DNA of 64,000 nt from Bugula neritina (lineage: Eukaryota; Animalia; Bryozoa): assembly GCA_964035545.1 (NCBI GenBank), contig OZ037772.1, forward strand, positions 10,600,818 through 10,664,817. The letters are read 5' to 3'. Below are positions 38,601-50,900 of the stretch, piece after piece. The notes under the pieces are model-generated. The model saw only the letters and a list, made by a program, of their open reading frames with translations, was not told the origin of the DNA and made no database searches. The position numbers were made by a program, and so were the translations under genes. Position 1 is the first letter of the stretch. The number at the start of each line of letters is the position of its first letter.

Positions 38601-41044
38601 AGTTGACATTTTAAGCTGTCAACTTATACAATGCTTAAGCCTATCCAGCTACCATTTTTAGTAGAAATGTTTATTCATTCAAGTTTCATGTAGTTCATGC
38701 CCAAACACAATAGTATAGTTTAATAGATTTGCTCAACACTATAATTTTACAAAGCCAATTATAAATTACATTCAGCACTTTCAAATTGGTTTGATTAAAT
38801 TTTTTTGGTTTGAGAAGACTTACATTCAAGCAAATTTCTTCTATATTTTTATTGTTTATTGTAAGAGATGCATCTAAGTTACAACTTGTTCCATAGCAAA
38901 GTTTATATATTAGATAGGAATCTATAATTTAAAGTTTTATGAGGAGGCCTATATGTTGTATTAGTATTAGTTGCTTCAACTAATACAGCACAACAATAAT
39001 AATAAAATATTTTCCTTATCAGCAACACTTTGATTTAAGAGTAGCTTACAATTTGCTAACACTAGTATTACAAAGTCACACATGACACTTGCTGTCAGAG
39101 CAGCTCTTGTCAGGTAACATTTGAATATCAACTTTTTTCACAAATATGAGCTTTGCAATCCGGAAGTATAACTTACATCTTAACATTTTATCTGAAGATT
39201 GTGTATAGTTTTTGTTACTCGGTGAATATATAGGAGTTTTTATAGCTAAAGTTCTTGCTTGTGTAGTAACAGGAATTATCGGGAGGACTTAAGTGCCCTT
39301 CACACTGAGTTACCTGATACTAAAGCTGAGGCAGAGAAGTGGTTGGAGCAGGCAACTCCAGAAGGTTGGTGATTCTAGACTTTCTCTTGCGCTGCTTCTA
39401 GACTGCTTGTGACCTTTAGCCTGTGAGCATGTATTAATTCTTATTTTTACAATTTAATACTGTCATGGTGTGTGGAAATACAAAAGATCTCACTCTGCAA
39501 TAGATGTTTATATTGATAAACAAATTACTAGTATAGCAAAAATATTAATATAAGGAAAATATTAAAGCATTGTTGAGATAATATACAGCCAACTATTACA
39601 ACATTGTGTATTCAAAAATTTGCTTTTTTTGTTATAATAATATGATAAGTATATCATTGATATATTTCATATTTGTGACATCATGTCTTTGGCTCAATAG
39701 CCTAAATTTTTAATTTAAAGCCTTGGCTGGTGTTATAGAAATAAGTAAGTTGTTTAATGTCGTTGATCAAACTCAACTTATAAGCTGTTTGTCAAAAAAC
39801 GTAATAACAGTAGTCTTTCACACACTTGCATTCTATTACTATTTTTGAAAGCTTGATGCTTTTTTTTATAAAGTTTTGTAACTTTATTTTCGACAGAGCA
39901 GAGAATTGCGTTGAAGTTTTTCAAATCCGTTGGAGGAATGAAACTGATGGGTTTGGCCGGAAAGGCAAATCAGCAGGAGAGGTTTGAAACTTTGGTTGCA
40001 GCTTTAGAAAAGTAAGTTGCGGAAAAACTAATCAGATTGATATTCTTTTCAATTTTAATACTGCTAATTTTTTTTGTAATAATAAAGTATTTAATTGCAC
40101 ATGAAAGTTTTACATATAGCTTGAGCACCTAATATAATGTTTTATTGCAATTAGAAAACGTAGCTGGCCTACCCTATACAAGGCGTTTCTATCGTAAAAC
40201 TGGATTTTTCTTGGTCGTAGTGATGATACTTATATATCCATATCATATCATGTTGAGGTAGGTGCAGTGATGGAGAAATTGAGAAAGACCTGTGTTTTAG
40301 ATTAAAAATGTACCAAAAGAAGTTATGTTCTCGCCAGATTTTAACACGTGCCCCAAACCAGAATTTATTAATAAGATTAAAGAACTTAGGCTATCTTTCA
40401 ATTTCTCCACTACTGCTCCTATAACATTCATGTTTATATATAAAAACTGTACATTATTTGCTGCTCAGTGGAGAGGCACAGGGTGTTGAGACACGCCCCA
40501 CTTACAACCCAGAGCAGAAGAGGAGAGAGAGAAAGCAGAGAAGCCTTCAGTTTGTTAGACTCCTTTCACCAAAGACTAGGAAAACCAGGTATGAAATATA
40601 ATGTGTTGTGTGTTCTAAGCTGTTACGAGTCAAGAGTTCATTATATGAGTCATAATATAATGCTTCATTAGTCATAGGATATCTGTTATTAGTCATAAAC
40701 TATCTGTTATTAGTCATAAGTTCTGAGCCATAATTAGTTGATATGAGTCATAATACAGTGCTTTATTAGTCACAAGTTATTAGTTTTTAGTCATAAGTTA
40801 TGAGTCATAGCTGATTATGAGTCAGAACTGGACTTTTAATGATGCGGCTTTTATTTTTTCAAATGAATCTCTTAAGAATCAAGTTTCATATATTTTTCTC
40901 CCTCATAGACCAGAGCACCAGAGTTGGCACCATCTCCCAGACTACACCACCATCAGGAGGGCTGACAACGTCAGGTCTCATTACACTCAGCCCCAGAAAG
41001 TCAAACCCCTGCACTTCACCATACACCCAGACTGGGGTCCATAA
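32615..41044 (+). CDS. Uncharacterised basic, hydrophilic multi-exon protein of about 400 aa
   Basis: Phase-consistent exons: 32615-32788, 33164-33247, [unresolved exon(s) near 34036-34517], 36410-36530, 36968-37076, 37239-37308, 37816-37910, 39267/39273-39364, 39897-40011, 40469-40588, 40909-41044. It ends SWHHLPDY...HFTIHPDWGP*. I recognised no domain. Confidence 0.75.
32932..33080. mobile_element. MITE family B copy
   Basis: TA|GGAGCAGTAGTGGAGAAAT...ATTTCTCCATTATTGCACC|TA. Confidence 0.75.
35483..35695 (-). mobile_element. tRNA-derived SINE copy (family A)
   Basis: Full-length, flanked by the direct repeat ACAATAA (35476-35482 and 35696-35702). Confidence 0.85.
36531..36892. repeat. Degenerate tandem repeat of about 65-70 bp starting at a splice donor
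   Basis: Recurring TGTAGATTATA..TCTATAGACAATAGATGG..ATAGTG..GATGGCAAT. Confidence 0.75.
37557..37742 (+). mobile_element. tRNA-derived SINE copy (family A), degenerate
   Basis: Contains TGGTCTAG...TAGTAAAC...TGTTAGGAAG...CAGTCATAATTGCTCC...GATAGTGACT. Confidence 0.7.
38059..38216. mobile_element. MITE family B copy, degenerate
   Basis: Same internal sequence, decayed TIRs, TA flanks. Confidence 0.6.
40261..40419. mobile_element. MITE family B copy, opposite orientation
   Basis: TA|GGTGCAGTGATGGAGAAATTGAGA...TCAATTTCTCCACTACTGCTCC|TA. Confidence 0.78.
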
Positions 41045-41964
41045 GTGGTTTACGCATGTAGGAGGGGTGGTTACGTAGCCAGCCCATTAGGTTCATTGAA
41101 CAGAAGCTACAGCCTCTAAAGCTATTTCTAGATGTTTATGTTTATTTATTTTGTGCAGCCTGCATGCTTTCTAGTAACGAAATATGCTCAAAATATTGAT
41201 ATTGCCGCTAAAGCTATGTGTACTTTTCACAAAGTTTATTTTTTTATTGCACTGACTTTATTTTTGGTAACATGATTTTCTACAAATTGTTAGTTTTCTT
41301 TAATTTTGTATTGTTTTGATAAATTCTTTCAACCTGCAACTCTGTAAAACAAAAATCATAAAAATATAATTGTAATATTTATAATTTATAAAACAATAAT
41401 GTTTTATAGTTTGTGCTTTTCTTAACGAAATACCAACCGCAGTAATTGTGAAATTACATGGAGTATTTGTATATTAAAATTGCCGCAAAGAATGTCAGCC
41501 ATAAATTAGTTGCATAATACTTTATGTATTTTGATAGACTATGAGCAACAGTGTCTAATCTAAATCACCAATCATTAAATAAAATTGCATAAATAGTATG
41601 TCATGTGGTATGTGGAATGAAATGTGTTGAATGAATGTAAAAGTAAGTGCATTATAAAAAATAGCTATAGACATTAGATCTGCGAAAAACAACATTATTT
41701 ACAAGTATTTACATAAAATAGTACATACAACCATGACTGCTAGTTGTTTTGTAAAAAAACTTACAATAGTCTTGTTTTGTTTACATATGTATGCATGCAT
41801 GTGTATATTATATAAGTCTAAAAGATCTTTTGACATCATTGAGAATTATATCACCCTATATATTTGTGATTATGGAATTAAACAAGGTAATTAGGTAATT
41901 TTATAACAAAACCACTTGGCATGGTGTAATACAGTTAACATTAAATATCTCGATTTGCTAGACT

Positions 41965-44900
41965 CTAAGTAGGAAAGTATTGTTGAATCATAACTCTATT
42001 ATTAACTGAACTGTATTTCATGACGTCAGCACGATGCCTTCGTATCATAGTGGAGAGATCCGTGTAATGAGATGGCCAAAAGTCGTAGACATCCTTGCAC
42101 TCCTTGTCTATTTTTAGTATCGTCTCCAATTGGAAAACTTCAAGAAACCTAGAGTTTCATAAGATGATGCTATCATGTCAAAAATCCAGATATATGATGG
42201 TAAAATATGTAAACATATAACAGCATAATATCGTATGGCTCAGCATGATACAATTTGACATGATGTGACACAAATTGACATGACATGACACTGTCTGACA
42301 TTGTTTGACACAGTTTGACATGGTATGACACATTGTTAACTGACGCGACACATTGTCACATGTTGGACAATAGTTAACGAAGCATGGCACAAGCACATGC
42401 TCTCATGTGTCACTGCTTACTTGTATCTATGATAAACAGGATCATCCACAACCACTTGACTTGCATTTTTGGGAATTGCCTGTCCTTCTTTATATTCTTC
42501 TCTACTGAGAAATCGTTTCACATCTTCTACCATCTCTATACCCATCTCGCTGCATGTAATAAAAATTAATAAGTTTTGCTTGTTCCAAGTTGATATAAAC
42601 TATACATCATACATGTATACCAGGGGGTGTCCAACCTTTTTAGAGCGAGGTCACTGAAAGGGAATATTCCATGGCAAGGGCCGCATTGTAAAGTCTAGCT
42701 TGTGCTGGGGGCTGCGGCTTTAGTATTTTTTAAATTATTTTACTCCAAATTCTTATGGATCATTACACTATGAAGTTCCAATAGTAAATCCAGACCACAT
42801 GTGTTGTAGCAAGTGTTTAAATAAAAGATTTAAAAGACGGTTTTTCACTCTAATTCATGTAAAGTGTAAAAATAATCTTAGTTTTATGCTTTTGAAGGCC
42901 ACAGATATGCAGGATGGGGCCATATTTAGCCAGCCCTATCAAAGTAACAATTTTGATTTGAGTAAATATACTAACTCATATATGATCTTTCCATACTTCA
43001 CGGGATCTATGGCGAGCTCCTCGTAAAAGACTTCGTGGGCGTTTGAGAATCCCCTCTCTTTAAGCTCTCGTATCAGCCGACCAATACTTACCAGTTGTCC
43101 GCAGAGAGCTTTTGGAGACAGACGGGTGCCGAAACGTGCCTGGGCGGCTATAAGACTTTTGGGGTCACGAACCTACAGGATGTGACATCATCAATGAGAA
43201 ATAATTTAATCATGAATAACAATTTCGGCTGTTGTATTTGTTTAGAAACTAGAATTAGGTTTTAAATTAGTTACTTAGTTTCAGTGACTGCATATCCAAA
43301 GTAATTAGTCAAATTTAATCTGTCAACAAGCACAAAGCAGACAGGTGAAAGTTATTAAAAGAAAGTTTCGATATGCAACAAGCTATTGGAAAACGCTTTC
43401 AGTAAAATTTTATACACATAAATTTTTTTTAATAAAATTATAATTATTGTTTATAGATTATAAGTCAAGTGGTTAATAGGTACTTGATGAACTACACTGG
43501 GTTTATCAGAATATTTATAATACAGACATTTGCAATATACTCATAGAATATAATTAAAAAATATAATAAAATAACATGGTAGAAAAGAATATAGGATATA
43601 TTATAATAATTAAAAATATAATCACAATATAGTATATGTTATATATAATCATATTTTAGAAAATAATATAGTGTATACTATATAATCATATATAATAATA
43701 TAACCATGCAATTATAGTATATATTTATATAGGTATGATATAATAATATAGCATATAATCATATGGTATATAATCATATATATTATATAACGATATAGCA
43801 TATAACAATATAGTATATTACTATATGGTATATAATCATATAATAGCTCACCAAATGAACTATATGAACATCTGGGTTTCGTTCTGCAAACTCTTTGATA
43901 AAGTCCACATCAAACACTCTGATTAGCTTTATATCTATAAACTCAGATCTTTCACATGCTTCTTTCAAATACGGGGCACAGTCTGTGATAGGACTACCTG
44001 AATTGTAACACAAATCATGTTCAACTGTAGTCTAAGCATACTTTCTTCTAAAATATATATGAATCAGCTGATGTAATTTCTTTTTGTTTATTCTATAAAA
44101 AGCCAAGTGACATATTTTTATAAAAGCTTTCTAAACTATACTATACACTACACTACCCTATATATTAGATTATATAGCAAACTATTTCTTAAGTTCAATA
44201 TATAAATTTGGTAGTTTTTTCTTCACCATACAAAGTATTTAAGGAAAACATATTTTCATTCCGTAGAGATTTGTCTTATTTTGGATCATAACAGACACAA
44301 TAGTTCCGATCTAGAATACAGTTGATATATTAGCTAATCATAGAGCAGCAGTGTACATGTCTAATCTATCCAAGTCTGTGTAGGTAACAAGGAAAGTGTA
44401 TATGTGCATAGGTCTATGATAGGTAGGTAGATGTAGATACATGACTTACGTTGATAGCACTCTAGGACGAAGTGTATGTGCATAGGTCTATGATAGGTAG
44501 GTAGATGTAGATACATGACTTACGTTGATAGCACTCTAGGACGTCAGCTACATGGTTGTCTTCATACGCTCCGCGTTGTCTGATCATTTTTGTAGCCCAA
44601 GTTATAAAACCAGAATTGTGTAGAAATGAGGGCATGCGGGCCACGTCGCATCTGAACAAAGCCTCTACAGCCTGTAGTAGAGCCACAACTATGCATAACT
44701 TTTTGATAGAAAATTCTTTCTCCATTATAATACAAAAAGTATATACAGAGTAATATTTGGCCAATAAAAGAAGTGACATTAGTTTATTTGTCACAATGTC
44801 AGTCTGCATGGAGTGCACTAAATCATGGGTTTGAATTTGATAGCAAATGCTTTTTAACTACCTAAATACAAGTTCTTAGCTAACTTCAAAGACTTTACAC

Positions 44901-47900
44901 CAAGGAGTTCTTTTATATGTAAGTAAACATTTCTAAAGTATGTACATTTATTTGAGCAACAAATGTAGCACGAAAGAATTAGGATTTTTTGCAAATAAAA
45001 CTAGCAAAAATCAATCATATTTAAGTTGAAAATGCATCATTCTTAAAAAACGTTACTGCAAGGTTTTCTCTCATAGAAACAGACTTCTAATGTACATTTA
45101 TTTGAGCAAGAAATGCAGCATAAAAAGTGAAACGGTTAATTTTTATTGCAAATAAAAAGAGCAGAAATCATTCATTTTTAAGCTGAGCGTATCGTTTACC
45201 CACCATTAGAGTTGACCAATCAGCTTTCCCGTCAGCGTGACTGGCTTGTAGCTTATCTGGCTCAAACCAGGAGAATGAGTTGGGGTTTCTAACAAAGAAG
45301 GATTGCGTCATGGAAGAACCAGATCTGTACCTCGCCAATATGAGAACCTTTCCTTTCTTCTTAACCTCTCCTTCAAACTAATAGTACATAGTTGATAGTT
45401 ATAATTGTTATTCACAGATGTTGTGAATATTCATTTCTTACCAAGATGAATGTCTCACCTTTAGACTGATATTTGTAGTAGCAGTAAGGGCCGAATAAAC
45501 AGCCAGCCCGATCCCAGGGCAAGAGACTGAGGGCTGACTATGAGCCAGACTATTCACACAGTAACAAGATCTGCTTAGCACCTGCAGTAGAAACATAGTG
45601 TATATAACTATTATCTGTATGACATCATAATGTTTATATAAAGTTCTATTACCTGTATGGCATCATAATGTTGATAATCTTCACTAGTATAGTAACATGA
45701 TTTTTATACTATTATCTATACATACTAAAGGAATTAATTTTAAAATTTCGCCTAACAAGCAAATTGTGTTTCAGTATAAGAAATATTATATCCTCTAATG
45801 CAAAAGGGCAAAAGTATTTGACAAAGAATCAGTAAAGAATTTTTACTGTCTTATTACATATTGTTTTTTTGCGATGCAATACCATGCATTTTAGATGGTA
45901 ATTCTCAAACTTCAGATTAATATTTAGGCTAAATTATAGCACTGATTGAAACATGTTGTATGTAATGGAGTGTAAGCTAAAACTTACTGGCTCTTTATCC
46001 ACTGTGACGGCAGCGTATAAGAAGCTTTTATTTTGACAGATTTCCCGGCACCTTCTGTGGCCAGCTGCACCAAATACAACTTGACTTTGATGAGCTGAAG
46101 TGCTGGATTTGATGCTGCCGCTAGTAAAGCATCCAAGAAACTTTAGATCGACTGTAGCAGGCAAACAGAATATAAGTAAAAAATAAGTGAATAAATAATG
46201 TAAATACCTAAACTAGCAAATTGTTATAAAGTGCATTAAATTTTTTGTAACTTTAAAAGCTACTGTCTTGACTCAAATACAGCATCAAAATGCACTTAGT
46301 TACTGACGCAAGAAAAATCAACTGTAACAAACAAAAAAAGTAAAAAGTGAACAAAAATTACATTTTGAATTTCTGAACTAGCATTTTTAAAAAATTATAT
46401 TAAATTTCTTATACCTTTATAGCTATTACAAAGTTATCTCAACCTAATTAAATTATTAAAATGCGCTCTGATGTGGAAAGGAAAATGAAATTACAGCATA
46501 GCTCTGTGAACATAGTGAGGACAACTCCACATAAAGTAATGGAAAATTTCTTCAATTCATTAATGTGTTTCATGTTACCTGATTCAAAAGATTCGCTTAG
46601 CTTTTTCCTTTGGAACTCCGGGTGACAGGAAGTTGACCTCTGTTTGTCTCGGAGGCAATTTCGATATCGTACTTGAGTATTCCCTTCTTGAGCACTCATC
46701 CACTCTGTCCAGTGCTTCTGTCCATCATTCAGGCCTGCGTATAAGACAACATATCTGCTTATTTAAAGGTTTTTTAGACAATATAAAAACTCACACAAGT
46801 TCATAATCACCATCACCGTGAGAAATCCCTGATGAAAGGTAATGCTAGGTAACAAAGGCAGCTTTACCTGTTTTCATAGTAATAGCATGGGGGAGGCGTG
46901 ACACATGACAAGACGCGTCCCCATCTGTACAGGTTGCCTTGCACCATTGCAAGTCTATTGCGGGATACCGATGAGGAAAGTTAGTACAGATGCACTCACC
47001 TCTCTGTAAAATATGCAGTAGCTATATTTCAAATATAACTGGTGAACGCTAACACCAAGAGTCCTAGACTTCCACTGCATTACATGAATTTGAATTTTTC
47101 ATTTTATGTTTAGGAAGAGTTGCATCAAATAAAAACGTGCGGATCCATGGAAGTGCATTTGTATAATATAGTATAACAAAAATTTAGCTGTTCAAACATC
47201 ATTATACATGCAATAAAACAAGTCGAAATTAAATTTGATCAAAAGGTAATTACGAATATGTCATTACATCTTTTTCAAATAATGCATATTTTTTATATTC
47301 ATTGAAATATTTGAATTTGGTTCTCAACCCATAGCTACTTGTTACATGCTTTAAAATATGGTAGTCATATTATTGCTTTACAATACACATTTCTCTTACC
47401 ATCAGCGTAGCGTATAGATATCCACCCGGCTGGCACACCACTCTACAGCCTTGGAATGTCTTGATGGCTAATGGAACGACGTGCTCATATGACCTATGTT
47501 TTAAACTCCCTCCGACTGGCAACACCTCACACAGAGTCAGAAGTGGGGAATTCCCCTCCAGATCGTGTAACATCTGACCAGCTGAACTGTTTGCATGTAC
47601 TGGAGATTCTGTGTGTTTCCAATCATTTTGGAATTTTAGGACTTTCTCTGCAATGTTCACAGGCAGCACTACATTTTTGGGAGCATCTCGCACAGAGATT
47701 CTGTTGGGAGAATTGTGTTGGTCAGTGTTCCACTTGGATGATGATATTTCTGGAAAAAAGTGTTGAATTGTGGGTATAATAGAGGCTTTTCACAAGCCCT
47801 TTGGGGACATTTGTATTTTGAAGTTGTCTCCTCCCAAACGGGCGAAGTGTAGTCTCCATGATATATAGAACAAGCACATAAAATCAGTAGAAATTTAAGG

Positions 47901-50900
47901 TTTGTGTGAAGACTATTGCTAGTACGAGTTTCATTTTTTCTGAGATTATTATTTTGGCATAAGCACACAGGTTAGCAGTTCCAGAAAAATTTTAAAAATT
48001 TTCTTTCTTCAAAAATCTTGAGAGAAATTAACTTCAAAGCATGTTTGTGGTTTTGGTTACTGCATGAGCAAGCTGAATTGGCAGCTATGAGATAAGTCCC
48101 ATTAATCATTTGTTATGCTGGCTGTCATATTCAATTTATAGCTGTTGACCTTTCAACTCTTTGGTCAGAATGTGCTGTTAACACAGTGTGAAAGCACTGC
48201 TACTCTGCTAGTGCACTGAATGAGACAGCAGATTAGCTGTGTTAGCATTTTTATTACACTTACACGCTTATGCTATGAGAATAGCTAGACTATTACCTCA
48301 ACATCCATCATTTTCACAAAAAGCATTCTCACAAAGCTATAGATATATATTAAATAGACAGATTAAATTTGTAGTATCAAAATGATGTGTGATAGCATGT
48401 GCACTTAATTACACTTTGAAGAGTTTGTGCTACATTATGTTCAAAGGACCGTAAATGCCTTACATAGTTTCATGTTATGGCTAAAAACTTCTTTAAAAGA
48501 AAAATATTACCAAAAAAAGCAAAGCTCAGTTTATGCAAAAATTTATTAAAAACACTTTATATTTAGGCAGGCATCTTTTTATTCAGTATCGATCCATCTT
48601 GAAATATTTTATCGGCTCTAAATCTTCATTGCATATTTTACAACAGGTCTAATAGTTTTATTTAAAAGATTTAATTGAAATGTTATACTTGATTTTAACT
48701 TACATATCCTCGTTCATGCCTATTTTAAGATAATACCTGTAATATTCTAATTGGTGCTGTCGTGACTTATAGCCAACCTCTAAAATTTTATGTCATTCAA
48801 ATATGAGTCTCAAATTTAAGAAAGGCTTTATATTTTATAACATTTTGTGACCCATGGGATCAGCCAAGCTAGTTGTATAACTGCAGTTGAGTGTCAATAA
48901 CACTAGCTCATGATATTTGAAGCATGAGAAGTTGAGGAGCTATAACATTAAACAGTTTAACTGAAAACCCAAGCAAAATGTTAATTACCCAATTTTATCA
49001 ACATGCTTTCACTGCTTCACTTGTAAGAATCTGCTTAATACTTTTCAACCAGAATTTCCTTCTAAAGTAATTTTCAGAGAATTCAGTTTATGCTGCAATT
49101 TGATGAGTTGGGAAACTTGGGCTTTCAGGTGCAGTAGTGATTAGCTTAGTTTACCTATTTTATATTGTATATCCATTTTATTATATAACTATATTTTAAC
49201 ATACCATACATTAACTAGGATCTTGAATCTACCGCAGTTGACGGAGATGACTACTACACACGAGGTAGATGCAGTACTAATGGAGAAATTGAGAAAAGCC
49301 TTTGTTCTAGATTAGAAATGTAGCAAAAAAGTTGTGTTATACGCAACACCAACATTTGTAACGAAAGTTAAAGAACTTAATCTATCTCAATTTCTTCACT
49401 ACTGCATGCTCCTAAATGCTACAAGCCACATGCATAATTAAGAAATAACAAAGCTGTAACACAAGGGCCTGAATGCTAACTGCTAAAAGGCTATCTCGGT
49501 TTTTGATTAAATTATCTAGATATATATTTATTTGAGCACAATTGTTACAATTGCAATAGATGCATTTAACCTGTATTAGAAAATTAACCGACATGTATCA
49601 AAGCACATTTCATATTCGTTCCATACTACAAAATTAAATCTGTCTATTTAATATATATCTATAGCTTTGTGAGAATGCTTTTTGTGAAAATGATGGATGT
49701 TGAGGTAATAGTCTAGCTATTCTCATAGCATAAGCGTGTAAGTGTAATAAAAATGCTAACACAGCTAATCTGCTGTCTCATTCAGTGCACTAGCAGAGTA
49801 GCAGTGCTTTCACACTGTGTTAACAGCACATTCTGACCAAAGAGTTGAAAGGTCAACAGCTATAAATTGAATATGACAGCCAGCATAACAAATGATTAAT
49901 GGGACTTATCTCATAGCTGCCAATTCAGCTTGCTCATGCAGTAACCAAAACCACAAACATGCTTTGAAGTTAATTTCTCTCAAGATTTTTGAAGAAAGAA
50001 AATTTTTAAAATTTTTCTGGAACTGCTAACCTGTGTGCTTATGCCAAAATAATAATCTCAGAAAAAATGAAACTCGTACTAGCAATAGTCTTCACACAAA
50101 CCTTAAATTTCTACTGATTTTATGTGCTTGTTCTATATATCATGGAGACTACACTTCGCCCGTTTGGGAGGAGACAACTTCAAAATACAAATGTCCCCAG
50201 AGGGCTTGTGAAAAGCCTCTATTCAATGCATACTCTATTAAAGGTGTTTTTGAAAAGAAAATAATCTGTATCTTATTATTATACGATTAAGTTAAGAATT
50301 TTATTGATCATCAATATTTCAATAATTATGCATGAAGCAGCCTCAAGCTGTTACAACCCATAAGATATCAGTATTGTAACTGCATTTTATCTAAACTGCA
50401 TGTTATAATGGATAACTTAACCAGAAAAAATAGGTTTTACATGTTTCAGCGAAATATAAAAATGCATTTTTAATGTCTCACATACCCAATTTCTTAAGAA
50501 ATATAGATTTAAAACTATATTTACTGCTGTTATTGCTTTTGCTACACAAATGCTTTTACAAAAAAAACCATTTCAATTTAATTGAATGCACATGTAGTTG
50601 CTTCTGGGTTTTATTAAGTTTTCCCCTGATAGGCGCAGTAAGAAAAAAATTAAGAAAAGCCCGTGTTCTAAAGTTGAAATGTAGCAACATAAATCATGTT
50701 ATCACAAGAATTTCAAACCGAGCCTCAAACTAAATTTTCTTATAAAAAATTGTTTTACTGCTGCGCCTTAATGATTTTCACATCTTTGCAAGCAGTTTAA
50801 GTCTGTACAGAGTTTTAGTAAATGACATCTTTTCTGATCAGAACTGGCTTACCTGACTGAAGATGAGGCTCGTTGTAGAGGTCTTTGTTACTATATATAG

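Noticed and set aside
47750-47781. Foldback insertion disrupting a coding exon of the sulfotransferase
   Set aside because: The reconstructed empty site has an in-frame stop, and a good acceptor (ttttttccag) at 47750 gives the correct phase, so the insertion is intronic.
47669-50290. Two ORFs with identical N-termini (47669-47968 minus, 50033-50290 plus), suggesting an invertible cassette or duplicated gene
   Set aside because: They are the two arms of the foldback element read outward. They start at GTG and have no recognisable domain.
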